From a virus (Duplodnaviria > Caudoviricetes), in IMG/VR virus record IMGVR_UViG_3300035670_000594, positions 1 to 38,670 of that record: a stretch of 38,670 nucleotides of DNA; one strand, written 5' to 3'. The notes below the pieces were generated by a model that was not told where the DNA came from, did not search any database, and saw only the letters and a program-made list of their open reading frames with translations. A program made the translations under genes and the position numbers. Positions 25,402 to 34,551 of this stretch are shown piece by piece. How positions within the stretch are numbered: position 1 is the stretch's first letter; each line of letters begins with the position of its first letter.

Positions 25402-25941
25402 TTAATATCCTCTGACACTTAATAATTTATATCTGTTATTTCCCATTACTACATTGTTGGTAGTTATCTTTTGTGTTATTCCGCCACAATCCACATCCCA
25501 TAAATAAAGATTTCCAGCGTCATCTGCTATTAGGTTAGCGTAGTGTAGATATTTAACAGTTCCTCCGTTGGCTGCATATACTTCGCAATAAACTGTTGCA
25601 CAAGTATTTATCCTAAAGAAAAGAGAACATAGCGTACTCATTAAGTTAGACCTGTTGTCGCAGTCAAACAATTCTTCTTGCCACTGAAAGTTCTGTGCTA
25701 TTGGATTTAGTACCTCTAAAATCTTTAACCAATTATCCCACGAAGTGTAGTGATAATAATTATCCAATGTAGTAAAAGTAATTTTAGGGTCTAAGTTGTT
25801 TAAAGGAATAGTAAATCCTGTTTCGTTTTTCTCTGCGGTAGTAAATTCACTAACAGCTTCTCTGATGTATTTAGTTCCTAGTATAGTCATTAGACTACCT
25901 ATTTTGCGTTTTATACTATTGATTTGTAATGTGTTATCCAT
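25402..25941 (-). CDS. Papain/transglutaminase-like cysteine hydrolase (MOA C-terminal-like)
   Basis: FDCDN (Cys), HYAN (His) and a downstream Asp in LWDVD. Confidence 0.55.
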   Translation of the reverse strand: MDNTLQINSIKRKIGSLMTILGTKYIREAVSEFTTAEKNETGFTIPLNNLDPKITFTTLDNYYHYTSWDNWLKILEVLNPIAQNFQWQEELFDCDNRSNLMSTLCSLFFRINTCATVYCEVYAANGGTVKYLHYANLIADDAGNLYLWDVDCGGITQKITTNNVVMGNNRYKLLSVRGY

Positions 25942-26014
25942 AAAAATGTAGGCACGCCAGAGATAATCTCTGTCCTACGCATAGGAGAATGATAAATCCC
26001 CAGCGTGCCGTATG

Positions 26015-26200
26015 TTAGAAAGCTACAATGATTTGTGTTTCGTGTCCATTTGTTCTGTAAAACATTTCTTTCAGATTTGCTTTAAAGAACGGGCAAGATG
26101 TTACTTGAAAAAATATCTTACAATCTTGTTCTATCTCTATCTTACGACCCACCAATTGGCAGTTCTTCGCTTCCTGGCACCACTCGCACAGGTCTTTCAT
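26015..26200 (-). CDS. Cys-rich mini-protein
   Basis: LCEWCQEAKNC...SCPFFK. Confidence 0.5.
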   Translation of the reverse strand: MKDLCEWCQEAKNCQLVGRKIEIEQDCKIFFQVTSCPFFKANLKEMFYRTNGHETQIIVAF

Positions 26201-26393
26201 CTAGACCTCCTTTATAGTAGTGACACCTGAGTATCACTGCTTCTACATTGGTCTTAATCATTGACCTAATCATATATCCGAATGTATTGCACCTTTTCAC
26301 ATCCTTACACCTAAGACAAAGTGTTTTATCTCTTACATTTTCAAAGTCATCTATTTCAACTGATGTCAGTCCGTGTCTTTCCACTCTCTTCAT
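26142..26393 (-). CDS. Cys-rich mini-protein
   Basis: LCLRCKDVKRC...RCHYYK. Confidence 0.5.
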   Translation of the reverse strand: MKRVERHGLTSVEIDDFENVRDKTLCLRCKDVKRCNTFGYMIRSMIKTNVEAVILRCHYYKGGLDERPVRVVPGSEELPIGGS

Positions 26394-26538
26394 CTTTCAC
26401 CTCCCTGTATTGTACTTCTACTGGCTTATAACCAGCACAATACTTGTTATCCTCGTGAGGAATGCATACTCTGCAATCTCCCCAACCTGGTCTGTGAACC
26501 TTCGTACTATTCACCAGATATCTGAGACACACTTTCAT
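26356..26538 (-). CDS. Cys-rich mini-protein
   Basis: DCRVC...YCAGYK; GGAGG upstream. Confidence 0.5.
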   Translation of the reverse strand: MKVCLRYLVNSTKVHRPGWGDCRVCIPHEDNKYCAGYKPVEVQYREVKDEESGKTRTDIS

Positions 26539-26549
26539 TGCTACCTCCT

Positions 26550-26780
26550 TTAATACTTCTTGAAAAATAAATTAGTTATAAAAGAAACTACTACTCCAGC
26601 TACTATTCCTATTATTGTAGCTTTTCCTTTCATTTGGTCTAAATCTGTTTCTACGTTGTTTGTCCTGTCTTCCAGTTTATTCGTTCTGCCATTTGCGACA
26701 TCAAGTCTTTGATTTATCGCATCAACTTTGCCTTCTAATCTACCAATGGCTTGGCAGATTTGATTTAACTGGTCTGTCAT
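26550..26780 (-). CDS. Coiled-coil plus C-terminal TM protein (XhlA/holin-like)
   Basis: Heptad region followed by ATIIGIVAGVVVSFIT and a basic tail. Confidence 0.65.
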   Translation of the reverse strand: MTDQLNQICQAIGRLEGKVDAINQRLDVANGRTNKLEDRTNNVETDLDQMKGKATIIGIVAGVVVSFITNLFFKKY

Positions 26781-27049
26781 ATACCAAAATATAAATGTAA
26801 AATTAAATATATAAATAATAATCCTAATCCTATAATTCCAGTATTTTTACGCCAACCTTTTAATTCGTAAAATAACTGACTTATGGTTTTGTTGGTTTGT
26901 TTTATTGATATTAACTCTCCTATTCCTATTACTCCTGCTATTGCTATTATTAGCCACATAAAGAAAGTAAAATCTACTATCAAAAACACTAATGCTAATA
27001 AGGCAATTGCTCCTGTTACTTCTAGTGTTTTAAATACTGTTTTATTCAT
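26777..27049 (-). CDS. Multi-TM membrane protein
   Basis: Three hydrophobic segments. Confidence 0.6.
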   Translation of the reverse strand: MNKTVFKTLEVTGAIALLALVFLIVDFTFFMWLIIAIAGVIGIGELISIKQTNKTISQLFYELKGWRKNTGIIGLGLLFIYLILHLYFGI

Positions 27050-27380
27050 CTGGTGTTGGTTCTGGTGTTGGTTCTATTATTGTTATTGTGCCATCTTCAT
27101 TTGCTGTAAATTCTTTAGGTGCAACAAGTGGTACATAATTTGGGTCTGCTTTTGCCATCAATGTTTGTAAGTCTACTGACAATTCAAACAACTTATAAGC
27201 ATCTGAACCGAATTGGTCTAGGATAGTCTGGGTATCAAATTCGGAGTTCCAAATCTTATCCCATAAGACTTTGTGAACCACCTTAACAGACTCTAGTAAG
27301 TTCGTGTTCCTTTTTTTGATAGTCTCAACGTGAGTGTCTAAACTTGTTATTGGTTGTGTTTCTTCGTAAAATATTGACAT
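27042..27380 (-). CDS. Hypothetical protein downstream of the tail fibre (possible chaperone)
   Basis: ORF track; position. Confidence 0.55.
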   Translation of the reverse strand: MSIFYEETQPITSLDTHVETIKKRNTNLLESVKVVHKVLWDKIWNSEFDTQTILDQFGSDAYKLFELSVDLQTLMAKADPNYVPLVAPKEFTANEDGTITIIEPTPEPTPDE

Positions 27381-27403
27381 ATTATTATTTGTTAATTATT
27401 AAA

Positions 27404-30319
27404 TTACCTTGTTGTTATGGCTGTAATAATTCCACCCTTAGTGGTGATACTTGAAACGGTTCCGGCTGCCGAACCATCAAAATTATATGTCCCATCTGCC
27501 ACAGGGTCTGTTCCGCCAGCTTTATACTTAGGGCTATCAACAAAACCAGTTCCGCCAAGCAAGATTGTTTCGTTGTCAGTCATTTTTATATCATCCGAGA
27601 ACTGGAAGTAATCTTCATCTTCCATCCACAATAGTTGTCCGACATTAGTCGCCCCGATTCCAAAGTTCAAGGTTATATCAGTTGTCGTTGGGTTGGCACT
27701 GGCAATGTTAATTACCCCGTTGGCGTTGGAAGAAACAAGCACGTCTTGGTCTTCACCTAGTTGTAGTCCTGAAGTATCGGAATCAATTATCGCATTACCT
27801 TCAAGGTAGAGTGTTTTGAATAACAAAGATGAGGTTCCGAGGTCTATATCATTAGTGGTGACTGGGGCTAAAATTCCATCTGTCAGTTTGATTTGTGAGG
27901 TTGAACCTATGTAAAAGTTTATACCATCGGTTCCAGAATAAAGGTTTATTCCGTTGGCTGCACCAACCCTGTTAGACCTAATATCAAGAGCTGACCCAGT
28001 AAATTGCATACCAGCATCGTCAGCGTCACCGACAGAAATATACTTATTATCCGTAGATACTTTTATCTGACCCTCGGTAACAACGAGGTCACGTCCTCTA
28101 AAATAATAATTACCAGTGTCGGCTGTTTCTCCGAAATACAAATCAGTGCCTGAAGCTAAATTGATAACCCCAGCTACCGTTCCACTACTAGGAGTAAATA
28201 ATAATCTTCCCCACGCTTCACCCCCACCGGAATAGAACCGCATATATTCGGTGTTAAGAATATTGAATCTAATCGTGCTTCCCTCAAGAACTGTTCGTGA
28301 ACCGTATGGTGAGGAATATGAACCATAAATAATTGTTCCAAGTTCACCAGAAGCTGAACCGTCTTTTGTTTCAATAACATTTACTTCGGTTGGAGTTCCT
28401 GGACCCACCACCTTACCATCCACCCAGTCATCGTCGGTGATACCAGAAATTGTTCCGTTGTTGGCGTTGCTTGAACTATCTGTTAGGGTTGAGCCAGAGC
28501 CAGTATCAAAGTGATAGATACCAAGTAAGTTCGTGGCGATAGGTGTAGATGTGGAGGGGAAATTATTACCTTCAACTGCGTAATATCCATTACCTGAATT
28601 ATACAAATCACTAATTTCGGCAACGGTCAATGCCCTGTTCCAAGTTGCTACTTCGTCAATGTGTCCATAAAAAGCACGATTGGCGGCACCGACGGTACTC
28701 TGTTGAGCCAACCTAACTGCTGCTGTGGTTGAAATGTTCGTGGTATCAGCATCTCCAGATGTTTCGGTATTGTTAAGATAGACATATAATGTTCCAGACC
28801 GACGAACGAACACAGCGTGATTCCAAGTGTTGTCGGTAAAAGTATTTGAACTTAATGCCGTTTTGTAATAAGGAGAACCAATTTGATAACATACACGTAA
28901 CGCAATTTTATCAGCTGTGGTAGTATAAGCCGTCCAATGTCCAACGGTTGTTGTTTCGGTATTACCTTTAGTAAAGAGATTACCAAATCCTGTATCTAAA
29001 GCATTTTGATAAAACCAAAGTGAGATTGTGAAGTCACTTGTTCCAAAATCATAAGGACTTTCACTTGATATTGTCGCATACTCACCAAAATCAACACCGT
29101 TGTTATTAAATTTAACAGAATAACTTGAAGGGGATAATTCTACCCTGTTCTTAAAGTAACCAGCGTTTAAAGTATCTGTTTTTAGTATTCTTAAATATTC
29201 ACTGTTTCCTGTGTCAGTCAATCTTAGTTCAGGGTCGGCTTTGGAGATTTCAAGGTTTCCTGTAAGAGGGTCATTGCTAGTATCAAGTTTAAGATAAGTT
29301 GTTCCTGCGGTTGTTGTATCAAGGTAGGCTGAACTATCCAAAGACCCATCACCCTTAACAAATTGTGATGATGTGCCTATACCTGTATTGGTTAGGTTTT
29401 TATTAGCATCAGTAAAAACAACCTTAGAAGCAGTGGCTGTGTCTAATTTTACCCCATCATAAAAAGTTACATTCTTACCACTACCAGCACCGATTAAGAC
29501 AGCTGTATCTCCATTGTCTGCTTTAATGGCGATACCACTAGAAGTGCTAGCCATAACATCTACTGATTTTAATCCTCCTGAAAAAATTGGTCTTCCATTA
29601 AGAATGGTTTGAGGAGTGGTTTGGTCAAGGTGTAGTGAGAGTGGGTCGGTTTCGGTTGGTGACACTTTTTTTAAATCTTCACTTACCCTATAAATTTGTG
29701 ATTGAAAACTTCGTGCTATTTTATTTAATTCAGGACTTACTAAATCTTTTACTCTTCCTTCAATTTTCCCATCAAACCCAGCCATAAAATCTTTAGAAAC
29801 TTTGATTTCATTTAATGTATCGTGAAATGTTGTTTGAAGTTCTGCAATATCTTTGGCAAATTCGTCCAATGCTGTTCGGTCAATTTCTTTCTCAACCCTA
29901 GTTTCTATAATCTGTGGTTTCTCTACAACTGTTTCTTTCTCAATTTTGTTGATTATTGTGGTCGTAGGGGCAGGTATCTTACTTACAGAATCGTTTATAA
30001 GCCCCCTAATCGCCTCTGTGGTGAGAGTTTCAAGCTTGGTTGGTAGTTTATCAGTTATTCGTGTTTCGGTCTCTTGTATGGCATCCTGCAACTCTTTTTT
30101 CTTCTTTCTGCCTTTTTCTCTACCAATTTCCTTTAAAGATTCTTCGTATGCCAAAAACTCTTGGACATCTATGCCCATCTCAGTCAGTATCTTTTCTTTG
30201 CCTATTTCTAGTATTTGTTTGAGTTCTTCGTCTGTTATTTCTGGAGTATCTGAAATCACTTCAATTTCTAGTTCGTGAAGTGCTTCTTTGAGAAGTTTTT
30301 TAACTGTTGATAGATTCAT
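27404..30319 (-). CDS. Tail fibre/receptor-binding protein with LamG-like domain
   Basis: Charged N-terminus; G/S/T-rich shaft; DFTISLW, WNHAVF and GHIDEVATWNRALT LamG motifs. Confidence 0.75.
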   Translation of the reverse strand: MNLSTVKKLLKEALHELEIEVISDTPEITDEELKQILEIGKEKILTEMGIDVQEFLAYEESLKEIGREKGRKKKKELQDAIQETETRITDKLPTKLETLTTEAIRGLINDSVSKIPAPTTTIINKIEKETVVEKPQIIETRVEKEIDRTALDEFAKDIAELQTTFHDTLNEIKVSKDFMAGFDGKIEGRVKDLVSPELNKIARSFQSQIYRVSEDLKKVSPTETDPLSLHLDQTTPQTILNGRPIFSGGLKSVDVMASTSSGIAIKADNGDTAVLIGAGSGKNVTFYDGVKLDTATASKVVFTDANKNLTNTGIGTSSQFVKGDGSLDSSAYLDTTTAGTTYLKLDTSNDPLTGNLEISKADPELRLTDTGNSEYLRILKTDTLNAGYFKNRVELSPSSYSVKFNNNGVDFGEYATISSESPYDFGTSDFTISLWFYQNALDTGFGNLFTKGNTETTTVGHWTAYTTTADKIALRVCYQIGSPYYKTALSSNTFTDNTWNHAVFVRRSGTLYVYLNNTETSGDADTTNISTTAAVRLAQQSTVGAANRAFYGHIDEVATWNRALTVAEISDLYNSGNGYYAVEGNNFPSTSTPIATNLLGIYHFDTGSGSTLTDSSSNANNGTISGITDDDWVDGKVVGPGTPTEVNVIETKDGSASGELGTIIYGSYSSPYGSRTVLEGSTIRFNILNTEYMRFYSGGGEAWGRLLFTPSSGTVAGVINLASGTDLYFGETADTGNYYFRGRDLVVTEGQIKVSTDNKYISVGDADDAGMQFTGSALDIRSNRVGAANGINLYSGTDGINFYIGSTSQIKLTDGILAPVTTNDIDLGTSSLLFKTLYLEGNAIIDSDTSGLQLGEDQDVLVSSNANGVINIASANPTTTDITLNFGIGATNVGQLLWMEDEDYFQFSDDIKMTDNETILLGGTGFVDSPKYKAGGTDPVADGTYNFDGSAAGTVSSITTKGGIITAITTR

Positions 30320-30348
30320 TTGACAGGTTTATTTTAATAGAGTATAGT
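30320..30348 (+). promoter_or_regulatory. Sigma70 promoter for a leaderless moron
   Basis: TTGACA-17-TATAGT; ATG 7 nt downstream. Confidence 0.7.
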
Positions 30349-30354
30349 TAATCT

Positions 30355-30498
30355 ATGGAAGAAAGAATACAACTTATCATAGGTATTGCAATCTTCATTG
30401 CGTTAATTTGGATTTGCAGTGGTGGTATGAACACCGAGCCAAACTTAACAGATGGAAGTAATTGTTATATCTCTGGTGGAAAGACAATTTGCAACTAA
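30355..30498 (+). CDS. 47-aa membrane-anchored moron protein
   Basis: Manual translation MEERIQLIIGIAIFIALIWICSGGMNTEPNLTDGSNCYISGGKTICN; fills the intergenic gap. Confidence 0.65.
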   Translation: MEERIQLIIGIAIFIALIWICSGGMNTEPNLTDGSNCYISGGKTICN

Positions 30499-33186
30499 CT
30501 ATTTAGATTGATAAAGTTTTTGAAATATTTTAGTGTCTGAATATTTAGTTACTAAGTCTTCTAGGGCTCTTCTCTGGTCTTTATCTTTGAGTGCTGCACC
30601 GAGTTCTATATCAAATTCTTTTGCTTTAACTCCAGTAAATAGATTCATAAACTTAGCAAATCCTTTAAGGTCGTTATTAAATACTTGGTCTAAGTAAGAC
30701 ACTCCACGAGATGTGAATAATGCCCTTGCTATTAAAAGCCTCTCTGGGTCTGCTACATATTGAGTGTATGAGCCAGTTTTCATTAATTTATCACCCACCT
30801 TTTTATAGGTGTTTTTTTCTACAGGTTTCATTTGAAGTAAATCCTTAATAATCTGTGGTGCAAATTTGTATTCCTTAGCATCGTATACATCTTTCAGGTC
30901 TTTCTGTCTAAAGGTATCTTTCCCAATTCCTAGTTCAATAGGAACCTTAACTACTGGGTTCATTTGACTTATAAGACCCATAATAGTATTCTTTTTAAAT
31001 AACCCAGCGAATTGTTCTATTGGTGTTCCCAACGAAGTGATGTATTGTTTTAACCCACTTACTGTGTCTGGAAGTTTAATAGCAAATCCTTCTTGGATGT
31101 ATCCAGGTAATCCTGCTTTCTCTTCATCAGTTGGTTTGTCGCCAATGTTTTCTACAAGCTTAATAATCTGATTTATCCTTTGTGGATTTTCACCGAGTGT
31201 CTTAAGTTGTAGCTCAATGTTCTTACGAGTGAAAGAATAGAACGGAACTATCCTTCTTAAAACAGAACTCTCAAACTTAGTTAAAGCCCTGTAATCAAAT
31301 CCTGCTTTCTCGGCTAAATCTAATGCTTGTTCTATTGTTCTACCTTGTCCAACAGCAGTTACATAGGCGGTGGCTTTTTGTTGCATTTCAATATAGTTAC
31401 CAACATTTCTTGCTAATCTAAAGTGTGGGCTATCTTGGCTTAATCCTAAAGATTTAATTCCTTTTTTAATTGCCGACTTGCTGAACCATTTTGCATAATC
31501 ATCAAGAGTTTCTCCTGCAGCAATAGATGCGTTAAATTCGTTTGTATAAAAAGAAGATGCTTTAAACCTTTCTATAAATGGTTCAAGTAGTTTGTATAAT
31601 TTATTATTTGAATCTAATTTAACTTTACCAAAAGTAGCCAATGCTAATTTCTGTCCAGATGCAATATTCTCTGGTTTAAAAGCACTAGACCCTAATACTT
31701 CGTAGTTTTGGATTAATCCTGATACATAGTTTCTAATATGAAATGGTGCGAATAATCCTGTAACACTTCTCTTAAAGAGTGAAGTTACTGCATCAAATCC
31801 TGTAGCTTTGGCTAACATATCAATCGTCTTATATCCTTCTCCAAGTTGTCCTGTAATAAAATCCCAATCCCAGTTATTAACCCAACCTAAGTCCTTACCA
31901 AATGTTCCTTGGGTTCGTAGCATTTTATATCCAGCCTTCATAGCCTCGTCAGCATCTTTAAATGCACCTAATGGTTTTCCTGCATTGGTTACAATATCAT
32001 TTAATCCTTCTCCTATAATTTTGTTAGTAGCAATTTTGCTATCTACTGTAAAGAAAAGATTAGCTAGGTTTTTTTCTAGTTCGTCATCTGTTAGAAGATT
32101 TCTAAATTTCTTTGTATAACCAGCACTTCCTATTTGTAATCCACTTCTATCTAAGTCGGCAAGCAGTTTTTCTATTTTACTCTTCTTAATAGAAGGGACA
32201 TAAGACCTATAAAAAGAATCCCCAAACATTTCTTGCCCTACTTCTGTGGCTCTTGCTTGTATTGCTTCAACAGTTGTTTTAACTTGTCCAGTTGCACCCT
32301 TAAGTGCTTCAGCTTGTGCTTTAGCTCCTGCACTTATTGCAGACTTCTTAATGGCTTCCTCTCCAGCTTCTTTGATTAATCTTTCTGACTTACCAGCGGC
32401 TCTAGCAACATTCTCACCAGCAACCCTAGCAGTTTCTCTTATAGATTGTTCCAATCTTTTTCCACCTAATGTCCTTATAAACACTTCTGCATTTTGGTCT
32501 GGGGTTAAAAGTCCTGTTCCTAGTTTAGAAAATTGTTCTTCTGCTACTTTCGCTTTGGCTAAGTTGGCTCTCCCAGTAATACCCAATACCTTGTTCCTTA
32601 ATCCTTCAGTAGTTTTGTATCCTGAAACAAACGCTTTACCAAGTGCATCTTGAAGTGAGTCTCCAAGTTTAATTGCATTCTCTGCTACCTCTGGTGATAC
32701 TTTTTCTAATCCTTTAATCCCAATTTTAGCGGCACCATTAGTTGCCATACCTAATCCTTTTGCTATTGCACCACCAAAGTATGTTGTAGGGTCTAATAAT
32801 ACGTCTCCAATAAATCCTAACCCAAATTTAGCAATCCCATTTTCTATCCCATATTTCTCGGCAATGTCTGAGTACCCTCTTCTTGTTCCTTCATAGTCTG
32901 TTCCAGTAATAGCCGAACCCAATCCTTTAACAATTCCTTCTCCATACTTTAGTAACCCTGCACCAAATCCTTTTTCAAGTCCAGTAGCAACTGCTTCGCC
33001 TGTACCAAAAGAACCAACTAGTTTTCCTAGTCTTCCAAGAGTGGATAGTTTAGGTTTAGCGGTTATCTTATTTACCTGTTCATCTAACCCAAGACTCTTG
33101 GCGTATGAAGCCAAGCCTTCAGCAGATGATAGGTCAACTGATGTTTTTTTAAGTCTTCCTCCAGAAGACGAAGTTAGTCTTCCCAT
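30499..33186 (-). CDS. Large internal virion / DNA ejection protein
   Basis: 895 aa; G/A-rich N-terminus; DPTTY, FHIRNY, FDY and RIVPFYSF motifs seen in podovirus large polyvalent proteins. Confidence 0.6.
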   Translation of the reverse strand: MGRLTSSSGGRLKKTSVDLSSAEGLASYAKSLGLDEQVNKITAKPKLSTLGRLGKLVGSFGTGEAVATGLEKGFGAGLLKYGEGIVKGLGSAITGTDYEGTRRGYSDIAEKYGIENGIAKFGLGFIGDVLLDPTTYFGGAIAKGLGMATNGAAKIGIKGLEKVSPEVAENAIKLGDSLQDALGKAFVSGYKTTEGLRNKVLGITGRANLAKAKVAEEQFSKLGTGLLTPDQNAEVFIRTLGGKRLEQSIRETARVAGENVARAAGKSERLIKEAGEEAIKKSAISAGAKAQAEALKGATGQVKTTVEAIQARATEVGQEMFGDSFYRSYVPSIKKSKIEKLLADLDRSGLQIGSAGYTKKFRNLLTDDELEKNLANLFFTVDSKIATNKIIGEGLNDIVTNAGKPLGAFKDADEAMKAGYKMLRTQGTFGKDLGWVNNWDWDFITGQLGEGYKTIDMLAKATGFDAVTSLFKRSVTGLFAPFHIRNYVSGLIQNYEVLGSSAFKPENIASGQKLALATFGKVKLDSNNKLYKLLEPFIERFKASSFYTNEFNASIAAGETLDDYAKWFSKSAIKKGIKSLGLSQDSPHFRLARNVGNYIEMQQKATAYVTAVGQGRTIEQALDLAEKAGFDYRALTKFESSVLRRIVPFYSFTRKNIELQLKTLGENPQRINQIIKLVENIGDKPTDEEKAGLPGYIQEGFAIKLPDTVSGLKQYITSLGTPIEQFAGLFKKNTIMGLISQMNPVVKVPIELGIGKDTFRQKDLKDVYDAKEYKFAPQIIKDLLQMKPVEKNTYKKVGDKLMKTGSYTQYVADPERLLIARALFTSRGVSYLDQVFNNDLKGFAKFMNLFTGVKAKEFDIELGAALKDKDQRRALEDLVTKYSDTKIFQKLYQSK

Positions 33187-34547
33187 TATTTTTTAAATCC
33201 TAGAAAATTATATATTGCGTTAGATATTTTTTCTCCTAACCCAGCTGTCTTTTGTAAAACTTCTGGAATCTGATTAGGAAATTCTTTAGCAAGCTCTTCT
33301 CTAATACCGAGATTTTTGTTAAATCCCATTTTTACATTCTGAGCTTGTTTTTCTGCTATCCTTTGGTCTAGGGCAGATGTTGTAATTGTTCCATCGGTTG
33401 TAGGAGTCTCAGTAGTGGCTATCCCAAGATATTGTTTGATATAATCATCAGTTACTTCTGATGGGTCGTATAAGTCTCTTAGTTGTGCGTAGGCTTCTTC
33501 GTTAGTTAAAGTACCAGCTCTTACTTGCTGTTTAAGCGAAGCACCATCTTCTCTAAAGTCTCCTACTATCTTAGTGTTTATTCCATCAGATATTTTTGAT
33601 GTTGCACCACTTCTTAATAACTTAGAAGTAAAACTATTAGTCTCTGGGTTGTAAGTGTATTCGTATAAGTTTCCGCCTACTTCTCGTAGTTCTGGTTTCT
33701 TAGCTTTTAGTTCATTCTGAGTGTTTTCGTATTGCTGTTGCAAGTAATCCTTGTCAGCCTTGTCTGCATCAACATAGAAGTCTAAAGCCCATCGGTAGTC
33801 TTCAACATCTTGACGTTCCTTAGTATTGGCGTAGTTAATAGAGTCGGTGAATAATTTGTTAGCTTCATCTATGTTTCCTTGGATAACTTGATATTGTGCC
33901 GCTAAACCAGCACCTTGAGTTGCTATCATAGCTTTCTTGTAAAGATATTCTCGGTCAAGTTTAGAAATCTCTGCGTTGGCTAACCCGATAGTTCCACCAG
34001 TGCGTTGTCGAATGTCGTCTTGCTCCTTAGTTTGCTGAAGCTCCATCATATTTAATTGGTTATTCAAAGAAGCCATCTGCGTTGCTAATTGGTTCCTTTG
34101 ATTAAAGTCTTCTTGGTCTATTCCCTGTGAAGCTAAGAAAGCTGTTTGTAAGTTTTTTCTTTCATTAATATAGTCAGCAGCAGTTTTAGTAGGAGCTTTA
34201 GGTTGGGTTAGGGATGCTAATACGCTAGTCTTCTCTTGCTTAGGTTGTTCTATTTTTGTTTCACCTGCTTGTTGGTACTGAGCAGTTAAGTCTGCTACGT
34301 TTTTAGTGATACCATCTAGCGTTGATTTTATTCCACTCAAATCCATAGTCATCGCTGGGTTCAGAGATGTATCTGGAACAAAAGTTGACCCTTGTGCATC
34401 ATTGATGCTCAGTGGTTTATTAGGAATGTCATTTAGCTTAGTTCCTATTTGTAATTTAGTTGGGTCTCCTTGGTAACCAGATAGATTTCTCCAATCTGCT
34501 CCGTATAGACCACTTAATGTATCTCCTGCTTTAACGGTGTATGCCAT
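33186..34547 (-). CDS. LysM-containing putative ejection protein
   Basis: N-terminal YTVKAGDTLS...DPTKLQIG LysM; Gln-rich coiled coil. Confidence 0.65.
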   Translation of the reverse strand: MAYTVKAGDTLSGLYGADWRNLSGYQGDPTKLQIGTKLNDIPNKPLSINDAQGSTFVPDTSLNPAMTMDLSGIKSTLDGITKNVADLTAQYQQAGETKIEQPKQEKTSVLASLTQPKAPTKTAADYINERKNLQTAFLASQGIDQEDFNQRNQLATQMASLNNQLNMMELQQTKEQDDIRQRTGGTIGLANAEISKLDREYLYKKAMIATQGAGLAAQYQVIQGNIDEANKLFTDSINYANTKERQDVEDYRWALDFYVDADKADKDYLQQQYENTQNELKAKKPELREVGGNLYEYTYNPETNSFTSKLLRSGATSKISDGINTKIVGDFREDGASLKQQVRAGTLTNEEAYAQLRDLYDPSEVTDDYIKQYLGIATTETPTTDGTITTSALDQRIAEKQAQNVKMGFNKNLGIREELAKEFPNQIPEVLQKTAGLGEKISNAIYNFLGFKK

Positions 34548-34551
34548 AATT

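Noticed and set aside
25951-26009. tRNA gene
   Set aside because: Too short; no TTCG T-loop or 7-nt anticodon loop in the right place
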